DNA of 64,000 nucleotides from Candidatus Lloydbacteria bacterium CG22_combo_CG10-13_8_21_14_all_47_15 (GTDB lineage Bacteria; Patescibacteriota; Minisyncoccia; Phycocordibacterales; 21-14-all-47-15): NCBI GenBank assembly GCA_002771515.1, contig PCTL01000001.1, positions 7,995 to 71,994 of the forward strand, read 5' to 3'. Shown piece by piece: positions 9,434 to 16,674 of this stretch (position 1 is its first letter; each line of letters starts with the position of its first letter). The notes under the pieces were generated by a model. It saw only the letters and a program-made list of their open reading frames with translations, ran no database searches and was not told where the DNA came from. The position numbers and the translations under genes were made by a program.

Positions 9434-11443
9434 ATGCAACGACAGCAGGAAGGGTGGCATCTTGTGGATACAGAATCCGCGCGGCAGGCCTTTGGCATGT
9501 CTACGGTGAATATGTTTATAAGTGGCAATGCCGCATGTGCGTACGGAGCGTTTGTTGCCGGCGCGCGATTTTTTGCAGGTTATCCGATTACGCCGTCATC
9601 TGAAATTTTCAGTATGATGAAAAAACTTATGTCTCGTTTTGGCGGTGTCGCGTACGCGCCGGAAGATGAGATTGCTTCTATCGGTATGGTTATCGGCGCG
9701 TCGCTCTGCGGAGCAAAAGCGATGACCGCGACAAGCGGACCCGGCTTCTCACTGATGCAGGAAGAGCTCGGCTTTGCGATTTTGAATGAAGTACCGCTTG
9801 TTATTATAGACGCGATGCGAGTTGGACCAAGCACAGGACAGCCGACAAAGCCGGCATCGGCGGATATCGCCGCTATTATTCACGGTAGGCATGGTGATTG
9901 CGGAGATGCAGTTGTTGTTTTGTCGCCGTCGTCGGTTACGGAATGTTTTTCTATGACGATCAGCGCCTTTAACCTCGCGGAACAATTCCGTGTGCCGGTC
10001 ATCATCGCGCTTGACGGGTATTTGAGTCAGCTTGAAGAGCCATTTACAATACCGCGACATATTTGGGTGTATGAACGGATAAAAGATGCGGCGGGACCGC
10101 CGTTCGGCGTAGATGGCGCTGTTTCAAATTTTCTGCCGATAGGTGGCGCACGCCCAATTGCATATACCGGTGCTACACACGATGCATCTGGCGCGCGTAA
10201 GAGTTTTGACTCGCTCGCGTGCCGCTCGCTTATCTCGCATCTTTTGAAAAAGCAAATGAGTATTTTGCATGATGTGCAGAATATGAGCGTGTATATGCCG
10301 GTTCGGCACGAAACACATCGCGTTCATGACGCCGAATACATTGTTGTAGGATACGGCGCTTGCAGTCGCGCCGTTAAAGATGCTGTTACAAAACTTCGCT
10401 CTGACGGCATTACGGCAGGAGCAGTATTATTGAAGACGCTCTGGCCGATTCGCGATGCAATGTTTGCGCCGTATCGGCATGTGTCGCGCGTTGTCATTGC
10501 TGAAAATAATACCGGACAGATGTTCTCGCTCCTATCTCGTTTTTTTCCGAGCGAGCGGCTTGTATCGTTTTCAAAATATGACGGTGAGCCGATACGGACA
10601 TCTGAGCTATACGAGTTTTGCGTACGCGCATTTTGCGCGTATCCTCGGCATATTGTGCAGGCGGTGGACTATGCGGCTCATAATGAAGCGCGAAATGTGC
10701 CGGAGCAGGAGAAAGTATGTGCACCGGCGGAAGCGTGCGAATCGGCGGTGTCCGATGACATCACGGAGCATACGGCCTATCCGTTTTGCGCAGGATGCGG
10801 GCATAAGACATTTTCCGATACGCTGCTCGGCGCGCTCAAGAACTACGGGCTTTCTGCGGAGAATACTATTTTCATTTCCGGTATCGGCTGTGGAAGTATT
10901 GTGCCAGCGACATTTAACGCGCATCTGATAAAGACATCGCACGGTCGCGCATTGAACGCCGCGCGCGCTGTATCACTTATCCGTCCTGACCACACAATTA
11001 TTGTGATTTCAGGTGACGGCGATTTGGCAAATATCGGTGGCAATCATCTGCTTCACACGATTCGTGAGAAAAAACGGTTTCCAATGGCGTGTTTTTGTTT
11101 GGATAACGCAAACTACGGAATGACAGGCGGACAACCGTCGTCGACTACACCTGACAGCGCCTATGATGATACGGATTCCGCGCAGACGCCGTTTGATTTG
11201 AAGCGACTGCTCTATGACGGATGCGGGATTGATTTTTTTGCGCGCACTTCGGTCTATGACAGGGCGCATTTGAAAGAGGCGATAACACGGGCGGTTTCCG
11301 CTGCACGGAAGGGTATATCGGCGTTTGTGCAGGTCGGAAGCCCATGCACTACCTACTTTATGAAGCATCACAAAGAATCTTTTTCTCGCGCGGAGCTTCA
11401 TACTGCGCAAGGGATATGGGAGCGTGACAACAATGAGAGTTGA
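9434..11443 (+). CDS. 2-oxoacid:ferredoxin oxidoreductase, fused alpha-beta subunits (KorA/KorB or PorA/PorB-like)
   Basis: N-terminal alpha domain (…ISGNAACAYGAFVAGARFFAGYPITPSSEI…). The C-terminal beta domain has the TPP-binding segment ISGDGDLANIGGNH. ATG 9434 (MQRQQ) is preceded by GGAAAGGA; the track start 9320 is likely an upstream extension. Confidence 0.8.
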   Translation: MQRQQEGWHLVDTESARQAFGMSTVNMFISGNAACAYGAFVAGARFFAGYPITPSSEIFSMMKKLMSRFGGVAYAPEDEIASIGMVIGASLCGAKAMTATSGPGFSLMQEELGFAILNEVPLVIIDAMRVGPSTGQPTKPASADIAAIIHGRHGDCGDAVVVLSPSSVTECFSMTISAFNLAEQFRVPVIIALDGYLSQLEEPFTIPRHIWVYERIKDAAGPPFGVDGAVSNFLPIGGARPIAYTGATHDASGARKSFDSLACRSLISHLLKKQMSILHDVQNMSVYMPVRHETHRVHDAEYIVVGYGACSRAVKDAVTKLRSDGITAGAVLLKTLWPIRDAMFAPYRHVSRVVIAENNTGQMFSLLSRFFPSERLVSFSKYDGEPIRTSELYEFCVRAFCAYPRHIVQAVDYAAHNEARNVPEQEKVCAPAEACESAVSDDITEHTAYPFCAGCGHKTFSDTLLGALKNYGLSAENTIFISGIGCGSIVPATFNAHLIKTSHGRALNAARAVSLIRPDHTIIVISGDGDLANIGGNHLLHTIREKKRFPMACFCLDNANYGMTGGQPSSTTPDSAYDDTDSAQTPFDLKRLLYDGCGIDFFARTSVYDRAHLKEAITRAVSAARKGISAFVQVGSPCTTYFMKHHKESFSRAELHTAQGIWERDNNES

Positions 11444-11891
11444 TATCGTGATAGAAGGAAAAGGCGGACAAGGAGTGCAAACACTTGGTCGTATAGTCAG
11501 GCAGGCGGTCGTTAACGCGAATTCGCTGTTGTATGTCGCGGTAGCGCCGGAATATGATACTGTCGTGCGTGGAGGGGTTTCAAACTGCCACATACTCATC
11601 GCTGGTGAAGAGATGAACCCGGTTCTGGAACAACCAGATTTTCGGCTTCGCCTGTGCGACAACACCATTGTCTTGAAGACAGGCGGTGTGCTCGGTATGT
11701 CATCGCGGGTATATAGCGGGATGAAGGAAAGACAGGTCGGTTTTGCGCTCGTTGGGCTTCTTGCCGCACGCGGTGGTCTGCTGGCAGGTCAAGATGCGTT
11801 TGAAAAGGCGATTGGATCAGCATTTGCCAATCCACAGCTTGCGCATGTAAGTATACAGGCATTTCAAGCCGGGTTCTTTTTTGAATCTTGA
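11424..11891 (+). CDS. 2-oxoacid:ferredoxin oxidoreductase gamma subunit
   Basis: GKGGQGVQTLG motif of the Por/Kor gamma family. It overlaps the end of the alpha-beta gene. Confidence 0.8.
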   Translation: MTTMRVDIVIEGKGGQGVQTLGRIVRQAVVNANSLLYVAVAPEYDTVVRGGVSNCHILIAGEEMNPVLEQPDFRLRLCDNTIVLKTGGVLGMSSRVYSGMKERQVGFALVGLLAARGGLLAGQDAFEKAIGSAFANPQLAHVSIQAFQAGFFFES

Positions 11892-11908
11892 ATGAATGCA
11901 TAGCGTAA

Positions 11909-11937
11909 CGGAGCAGTCATGTGACTGCTCCGTTTTT
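11909..11937 (+). terminator. rho-independent terminator
   Basis: CGGAGCAGTCA-tg-TGACTGCTCCG followed by TTTTT. Confidence 0.8.
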
Positions 11938-11939
11938 CC

Positions 11940-11967
11940 TTGGTTTTTTGGCATTTTTTGGTATGAT
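11940..11967 (+). promoter_or_regulatory. putative promoter of tRNA-Ser (TTGGTT-16-TATGAT)
   Basis: -35-like ttggtt at 11940-45 and -10 tatgat at 11962-67, about 12 nt upstream of the tRNA 5' end. Confidence 0.35.
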
Positions 11968-11979
11968 GATCGTGTATTT

Positions 11980-12070
11980 GGAGAGGTGGCTGAGCGGTTG
12001 AAAGCGGCGGATTGCTAATCCGCTATGGGGCGTTATAACCCCATCGAGGGTTCGAATCCCTCCCTCTCCG
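11980..12070 (+). tRNA. tRNA-Ser (anticodon GCU)
   Basis: Acceptor GGAGAGG/CCTCTCC, anticodon arm GCGGA-ttGCTaa-TCCGC, long variable arm, T-arm GAGGG-TTCGAAT-CCCTC, discriminator G. Confidence 0.9.
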
Positions 12071-12072
12071 CA
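12053..12072 (+). repeat. direct repeat copy 1 (3' end of tRNA-Ser), att-like
   Basis: cgaatccctccctctccgca; an exact 20-nt copy recurs at 12249-12268. Confidence 0.8.
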
Positions 12073-12248
12073 ACGACATTTTTGAATAGCGTTTCCATAG
12101 CTATTCAAAAGTGGCGTCTTTCGAAGTGAGGAGAGATTCGAAAGGCGGAGGCGGAGAAAAGTTTGCAAAACTTTTCAAACCGCCGAGCCAGGGTCGTGAG
12201 CGCGTATTTACAAGAAGCGAAGCGACTATGTAAATAGCGACTCCTGAC
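12073..12248. other. 176-bp structured spacer between the two att-like repeats (three hairpins)
   Basis: Three inverted repeats: TTTGAATAGC…GCTATTCAAA at about 12081-12110, CTTTCGAA…TTCGAAAG at about 12117-12143, and AAAAGTTT-gca-AAACTTTT flanked by GGCGG…CCGCC at about 12144-12184. No ORF. Confidence 0.5.
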
Positions 12249-12268
12249 CGAATCCCTCCCTCTCCGCA
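12249..12268 (+). repeat. direct repeat copy 2 (duplicate of tRNA-Ser 3' end), att-like
   Basis: Exact cgaatccctccctctccgca, 176 bp downstream of the tRNA. It abuts the HTH reading frame. Confidence 0.8.
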
Positions 12269-12285
12269 GAAAGAAACTTCGCGAT

Positions 12286-12462
12286 TTGAAAGGGTTGCGA
12301 GCAAAACAGGGGTTAACGCAGGATGATTTGGCGAAAAAAGCCGATATTAAATATTCCACACTTACTAAAATTGAAGGTGGTGTCGTTACGAAGCCAAGTG
12401 TCCAGACGATAGCAAAAATTGCCAAGGCATTAGGTATTCAGATGGAAGAGTTATTGAAATAA
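12286..12462 (+). CDS. XRE-family (Cro/CI-type) helix-turn-helix regulator, start uncertain or N-terminally truncated
   Basis: Open frame 12235-12462 translates …RRKKLRDLKGLRAKQGLTQDDLAKKADIKYSTLTKIEGGVVTKPSVQTIAKIAKALGIQMEELLK*, a clear HTH_3 domain. There is no in-frame ATG before the domain, and the frame runs through the att-like repeat. TTG 12286 is only a guess for the start. Confidence 0.55.
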   Translation: MKGLRAKQGLTQDDLAKKADIKYSTLTKIEGGVVTKPSVQTIAKIAKALGIQMEELLK

Positions 12463-12472
12463 TTTAAATACT

Positions 12473-13396
12473 ATGAGCAAAAAATATCTTTTTGGAACTA
12501 TCGTCACGCTGTTGATTACCGGCATAGCGGCAATTTTGGTTTTCGCTGTGGATTGGGCGGATGTAAAAATAAAAGAAGAAATACGGGATACGGTTACTCG
12601 GCAAGAAATCGTGAAAGCGCAAGCAACCGAAGCCCTAAAATCTGTCGTGGATGTTGCCAACGAACTATCCGGCATTACATCCGGCGCAGTATTCAATTTT
12701 GAAATCGATGATATGGACGGGAGATCGGCGAATTTTGGCATAGTGCGGTATGTTGACGAAGTAAAAGGAGAATGGATTGTGGAAGAACACACCGTTACAT
12801 TTAGAGAAACGAGTTCGCCTCAAAGTAATTTTGCAGAGGTTGACAGAGACACGAATAGAGTCATTTCCATGCACCGACCTGTGCCAGATTTTGCGGCAAG
12901 TGGTGACGCGCTGTCCGCAGAGAAACTTGAAGCAATAGCGCGGCAATTCGTGGAGAGAGTGTATCCAGAATTTGCAAACGGAAGCAGGCTTGAATTTGAT
13001 CCGGGAAGCAAGAATGCGCCGGCCAAAGCGACAAATTACTTCTATCGCTGGAACGATAAACAATTCGCTGTCCCCGACGGATTAGATATGGACATACCGC
13101 CGTTTATTCAGGTCGGCATTACTTCAACTGGTTTTATATTCAGCTATGACAACACCGTCCAGCTTTATCGCAATTTGCCCAAAGAAGCCCTGCGGACTTT
13201 ATGCGGATTCTTTGAAATGCCTTTTATCGTTGATTCATCGCTTGATCCAAAAAAAGGTGAAGTGGTAATTTGGTTTGGTGGAGGTCAGTATCTTGTATTG
13301 CCTTTTGAGCCAGAAACTGATTTTGAAGGTTGCTCGGAATCAGCAAAAAGTTGGTTGAGAATGCATCCCTACCTTAACGATTCTGGTAAAAATTAG
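12473..13396 (+). CDS. hypothetical membrane-anchored protein
   Basis: 307 aa with an N-terminal TM helix and no recognisable catalytic motif. It starts 10 nt after the HTH stop. Confidence 0.6.
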   Translation: MSKKYLFGTIVTLLITGIAAILVFAVDWADVKIKEEIRDTVTRQEIVKAQATEALKSVVDVANELSGITSGAVFNFEIDDMDGRSANFGIVRYVDEVKGEWIVEEHTVTFRETSSPQSNFAEVDRDTNRVISMHRPVPDFAASGDALSAEKLEAIARQFVERVYPEFANGSRLEFDPGSKNAPAKATNYFYRWNDKQFAVPDGLDMDIPPFIQVGITSTGFIFSYDNTVQLYRNLPKEALRTLCGFFEMPFIVDSSLDPKKGEVVIWFGGGQYLVLPFEPETDFEGCSESAKSWLRMHPYLNDSGKN

Positions 13397-13400
13397 CACG

Positions 13401-13619
13401 ATGAATGAAATGGTAAAAGTTAAAAACTACAGCAACAGAATGGATGCCGAAGTTGATAAGGCATTACTTACATCACACGGCATACACTGTCTTATTACAT
13501 CAGATGATGTTGGTGGTATGCGACCTGACCTTATGATGTCTTCAGGCGGTGTGTGGGTTTTGGTTGGCGAGGCAGATGTAAAACAAGCATCAAAATTTCT
13601 TGCAAAAAATGCCATATAA
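13401..13619 (+). CDS. small cytoplasmic protein, DUF2007-like (putative signal-transducing domain), tentative
   Basis: 72 aa, resembling the roughly 70-aa PF09413-type proteins (…RMDAEVDKALLTSHGIHCLI…GGVWVLVGEADVKQASKFL). The family assignment is from memory. Confidence 0.45.
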   Translation: MNEMVKVKNYSNRMDAEVDKALLTSHGIHCLITSDDVGGMRPDLMMSSGGVWVLVGEADVKQASKFLAKNAI

Positions 13620-13644
13620 ACCAATGCCAATCGATCAAAATAAA

Positions 13645-13899
13645 ATGAAAAGATTTATTCTTACCGCAACAATTCTTTACCTTTCATTCGGTTTCATTTT
13701 TGCTTTGTATGCATACTCGCATGACTTGCGGACATTCAAGTGTGGTGATGTGACAATGGGTACGAAGTCGTTTAAGAATCCCGATTCCGAGCGATGCGTT
13801 CGCAGAGGAACAGAATTAAGCTCAATTGCGACTATTCCGTTTTTTACAGCGTTCGGTGTTCCGATACTCATTGCGAGGGGTATGGCCGGTAATAACTAA
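13645..13899 (+). CDS. hypothetical small membrane protein
   Basis: MKRFILTATILYLSFGFIFALYAY… TM helix. The track start 13600 overlaps the upstream gene, so ATG 13645 is preferred. Confidence 0.45.
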   Translation: MKRFILTATILYLSFGFIFALYAYSHDLRTFKCGDVTMGTKSFKNPDSERCVRRGTELSSIATIPFFTAFGVPILIARGMAGNN

Positions 13900-13901
13900 C
13901 C

Positions 13902-14969
13902 ATGACAAAATCAAACAAAATTATTATCGGGGTTCTCGGCGTAGTTGTTGTCATTGGCTTTACGCTGGGTGTTTTCGGCTTCATGAAGGGTCTGCAACAA
14001 ACAGAAAACAAAACTTCATTGAAGTTACCGGAGGTTGGGACAAATGTTCCTGCTGGCTGGTATGAGCATCGGATAAATGACACTCATATCGTTTTAGCCA
14101 AGGGAAAAACACTGCCCGATATTGGCGCAACCGAATGGTATGCTTACGGCGAGCAGATTAACATCAGTGTTTTGCCGTTGACCCTCTCGCCTGAAAAATG
14201 GGCGGCGCAGAAAACACATATTGATTTAGATGATGTGCTTGTGCGGGAAGCGGCGTGGAGTATCGTTGATAACGGCGACAACCTTATGGGCTACGGCGAC
14301 ATAAAGTTTTTACGAATAGAACACGAAACGCCTGCCAGCCCGGAACTCTCTTACTATGTTTTTGAGGATGAACGCATAAAAGTATTTTCTCTCTATCCGC
14401 TTGAACCGCAAAGCGCGGAACGCTTAGACATACTTGAGTCGGTTATGCGTGCCTATACCCGCATTGGCGACAATGAGCGTATTCGCATTGATGGAGCAAT
14501 TACTAATATCGGTGATAGTTGGGCGCAGTATCGCAACGAGAAACTGGGTATTGCGTTTGAATATCCGTCTGTTATTAACGGCGAACATATTTTTGTATCT
14601 GAATTTGATTCTTCCGAAAGAGATGGGGTTTTAACCGAAGGAGGCGTTGGGTTTTATCCTGACAGTCAATACGGTTTTATCAGTATTTCTGTTCAGCATT
14701 CTCCGTTTACAACATTGGAAGAATGGTTTGCGTGGCGGGAGGAGCAAGTTGGATATTCTATATATACAGAAGGAGAAACAATTATTGACGGAGAGCGGGC
14801 GCTTATCACACATACGCCGCAAGAGGCCGGTGCGCCCTTGCACCCCGAAGATAATAGGTGGCGGACGACAGTCTTTTTTAAGAATGGTACCTTGTACAAC
14901 ATATTTACGCGCGCCGTACCATATGAAGAAGTGAAACGAATTTGGGAAAGTTTTGAAGTGCTTGATTGA
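13902..14969 (+). CDS. hypothetical membrane-anchored protein (paralog A)
   Basis: N-terminus MTKSNKIIIGVLGVVVVIGFTLGVFGF is near-identical in pattern to the next gene's N-terminus. It has a large extracytoplasmic domain with no known motif. Confidence 0.6.
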   Translation: MTKSNKIIIGVLGVVVVIGFTLGVFGFMKGLQQTENKTSLKLPEVGTNVPAGWYEHRINDTHIVLAKGKTLPDIGATEWYAYGEQINISVLPLTLSPEKWAAQKTHIDLDDVLVREAAWSIVDNGDNLMGYGDIKFLRIEHETPASPELSYYVFEDERIKVFSLYPLEPQSAERLDILESVMRAYTRIGDNERIRIDGAITNIGDSWAQYRNEKLGIAFEYPSVINGEHIFVSEFDSSERDGVLTEGGVGFYPDSQYGFISISVQHSPFTTLEEWFAWREEQVGYSIYTEGETIIDGERALITHTPQEAGAPLHPEDNRWRTTVFFKNGTLYNIFTRAVPYEEVKRIWESFEVLD

Positions 14970-15005
14970 CGATGAAAATCTATATAGTCGGTCATTCCAA
15001 TATTT

Positions 15006-15797
15006 ATGACAAAATCAAACACTTCAACATCATTCAGTGCAAGCAAAATTATCATCGGGGTTTTCGGCGTAGTTGTTATTGTTGGTTTTGTGCTCGGTAT
15101 CTATAGTTTTCTGCGCGGATTGGAAAATTCGCCAAAGTTTGATGACACAAAAATCACTTCTCCCGAAGTAGCCGAGTTTTCGGAGAAAATTCAAAACTAT
15201 GTCGTGGAAAACATCGGCCAGCCCATTGAAGGATTCAATGCCGACATTTACCTGCGTGCGTTTCCGGGACTTTTTGAAGCGGATTTTGACGGAGTGGAAA
15301 CTTGGGAAGGAGAGTATGCGTACGCGAACGGCGAATTGACTTTTGAACGCACAAAAGCGCAACCGATAACCTCTGCCGAGGATGCCATTTCAAAAAAAGG
15401 ACACCAGATGCTTTTTGAAAATGTGCAAGGTCGTCTGGGTATCAACCTATCGGTGGATGAGGTGGTGGACGGAATAATAGCGCAAGGGTTGGGAAAAGTA
15501 ACCGGCACGATACTCTTCGGCCCGACATGTCCCGTTGTGAAAGACCCGCCCGACCCGCAGTGCGCCGACAAACCGCTTTTTGGAGAGTTCATTGTCCAAA
15601 ACGCAATGGGGAGCACAGAATTTGCGAGATTTGGAACGCAAAGAGACGGTTCGTTTGAAGTAACGCTTCCTGCCGGGGAATACTACATCACATGGGCAGA
15701 GCCACGAGGATTACCGGGAGCGCAGGGACAATTGGTAAATGTGACAGCGGGCGAAACATCCGAATACACGATTACATTTGATACGGGGATACGATAA
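15006..15797 (+). CDS. hypothetical membrane-anchored protein (paralog B) with a C-terminal carboxypeptidase-regulatory-like/transthyretin-like beta-sandwich
   Basis: N-terminus MTKSNTSTSFSASKIIIGVFGVVVIVGFVLGIYSF. C-terminus …DGSFEVTLPAGEYYITWAEPRGL…VNVTAGETSEYTITF is typical of CarbopepD_reg-like folds. Confidence 0.55.
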   Translation: MTKSNTSTSFSASKIIIGVFGVVVIVGFVLGIYSFLRGLENSPKFDDTKITSPEVAEFSEKIQNYVVENIGQPIEGFNADIYLRAFPGLFEADFDGVETWEGEYAYANGELTFERTKAQPITSAEDAISKKGHQMLFENVQGRLGINLSVDEVVDGIIAQGLGKVTGTILFGPTCPVVKDPPDPQCADKPLFGEFIVQNAMGSTEFARFGTQRDGSFEVTLPAGEYYITWAEPRGLPGAQGQLVNVTAGETSEYTITFDTGIR

Positions 15798-15961
15798 CAA
15801 AGATTGGCCCGCAAAAAATTTTCGCCGTGGGAGCGAGCGGAGGCTGGGCTGGTCAGTTCTTCTCGAAAAAGGTTCGCGCAAAGGATATAATTTTACCGCA
15901 TCTTGATAAATTTGTGCGGTTTGGTATTTTGTATACGGTGGGGTGTATGGTTCCGTCATCA

Positions 15962-15992
15962 TACCACTTAGTGGTTGAGCCACTAAGTGGTA
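15962..15992. repeat. palindromic repeat element (CCACTTAGTGG-ttga-GCCACTAAGTGG)
   Basis: taCCACTTAGTGGttgaGCCACTAAGTGGta. The same motif forms the terminator stem at 40926-40965. Confidence 0.6.
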
Positions 15993-16031
15993 TATGGGGG
16001 GTATGGTTTCGTTAGATTAACGGGTGAATAA

Positions 16032-16304
16032 ATGAAAGGAGATGGTATGGAGTGCAGTGAGTCTCGAGAGATAATACGCCAAATGCACGATAGGGCAGCC
16101 ACGATATCATTGGCAAGCTCTAGTATACTTGCTGCCGATGAGCATCTGATAGGGTGTAAGGATTGCAAACTATGGTTTCATCGGGAGATGTGCGCGATTG
16201 CGGAGGCGTTTCTTCAGGACGAACAGGTGAATGAGGATATGTTGGCCACACACAGTATGATGCATGAATTTTTAGATACCGATTGTGCTGCCACCATTGC
16301 ATAA
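16032..16304 (+). CDS. ZAS-type (zf-HC2, HX3CX2C) putative anti-sigma factor, orphan
   Basis: …ADEHLIGCKDCKLWF… contains the H-x3-C-x2-C zinc-binding anti-sigma motif, plus an upstream Cys (MECSES…). No sigma factor gene is adjacent. Confidence 0.45.
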   Translation: MKGDGMECSESREIIRQMHDRAATISLASSSILAADEHLIGCKDCKLWFHREMCAIAEAFLQDEQVNEDMLATHSMMHEFLDTDCAATIA

Positions 16305-16309
16305 GTAAA

Positions 16310-16345
16310 CCGCCCGAAACGCTTTAGCGTTTCGGGCGGTTTTTT
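16310..16345. terminator. bidirectional rho-independent terminator
   Basis: CCGCCCGAAACGC-ttta-GCGTTTCGGGCGG followed by TTTTTT on the + strand, with an A-run on the - strand. It lies between convergent genes. Confidence 0.85.
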
Positions 16346-16354
16346 GACCGTGAT

Positions 16355-16615
16355 TTATTTTTTGAATTTTTCTTCCAGATGCGCGATGATTGCGTCATCG
16401 TCGTCTGAAATGACATGCTCCGATTTGCATGCTCTGCAGACCAGTGTTGGCACGCCGACCGGGCCGCCGGTAATTTCTGCAAGCTCGGCGCGCTCTTCGT
16501 GCGGACGCGGCACCGCGATAAACTCCACCTGGTCGCGGAGTTCCAGCTCGTCAATTTTTGCAATCGCACGAGCACAATACGGACAACCGGGTAGATGATA
16601 AAGTGTCATATTCAT
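16355..16615 (-). CDS. glutaredoxin-like protein (NrdH/Grx family)
   Basis: 86 aa with a CPYC active site near the N-terminus (MNMTLYHLPGCPYCARAI…) and a thioredoxin fold. Confidence 0.8.
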   Translation of the reverse strand: MNMTLYHLPGCPYCARAIAKIDELELRDQVEFIAVPRPHEERAELAEITGGPVGVPTLVCRACKSEHVISDDDDAIIAHLEEKFKK

Positions 16616-16674
16616 AGATATTTCCGAGAATCAGATTATTAAGATTCTCTTTTTACAGTAGCACAGCTGTCAAT

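Noticed and set aside
12070-16350. Integrase or recombinase gene expected next to the att-like repeats
   Set aside because: No ORF in or near the candidate island has tyrosine- or serine-recombinase motifs. The island hypothesis therefore rests only on the repeat and gene content, which is stated as such.
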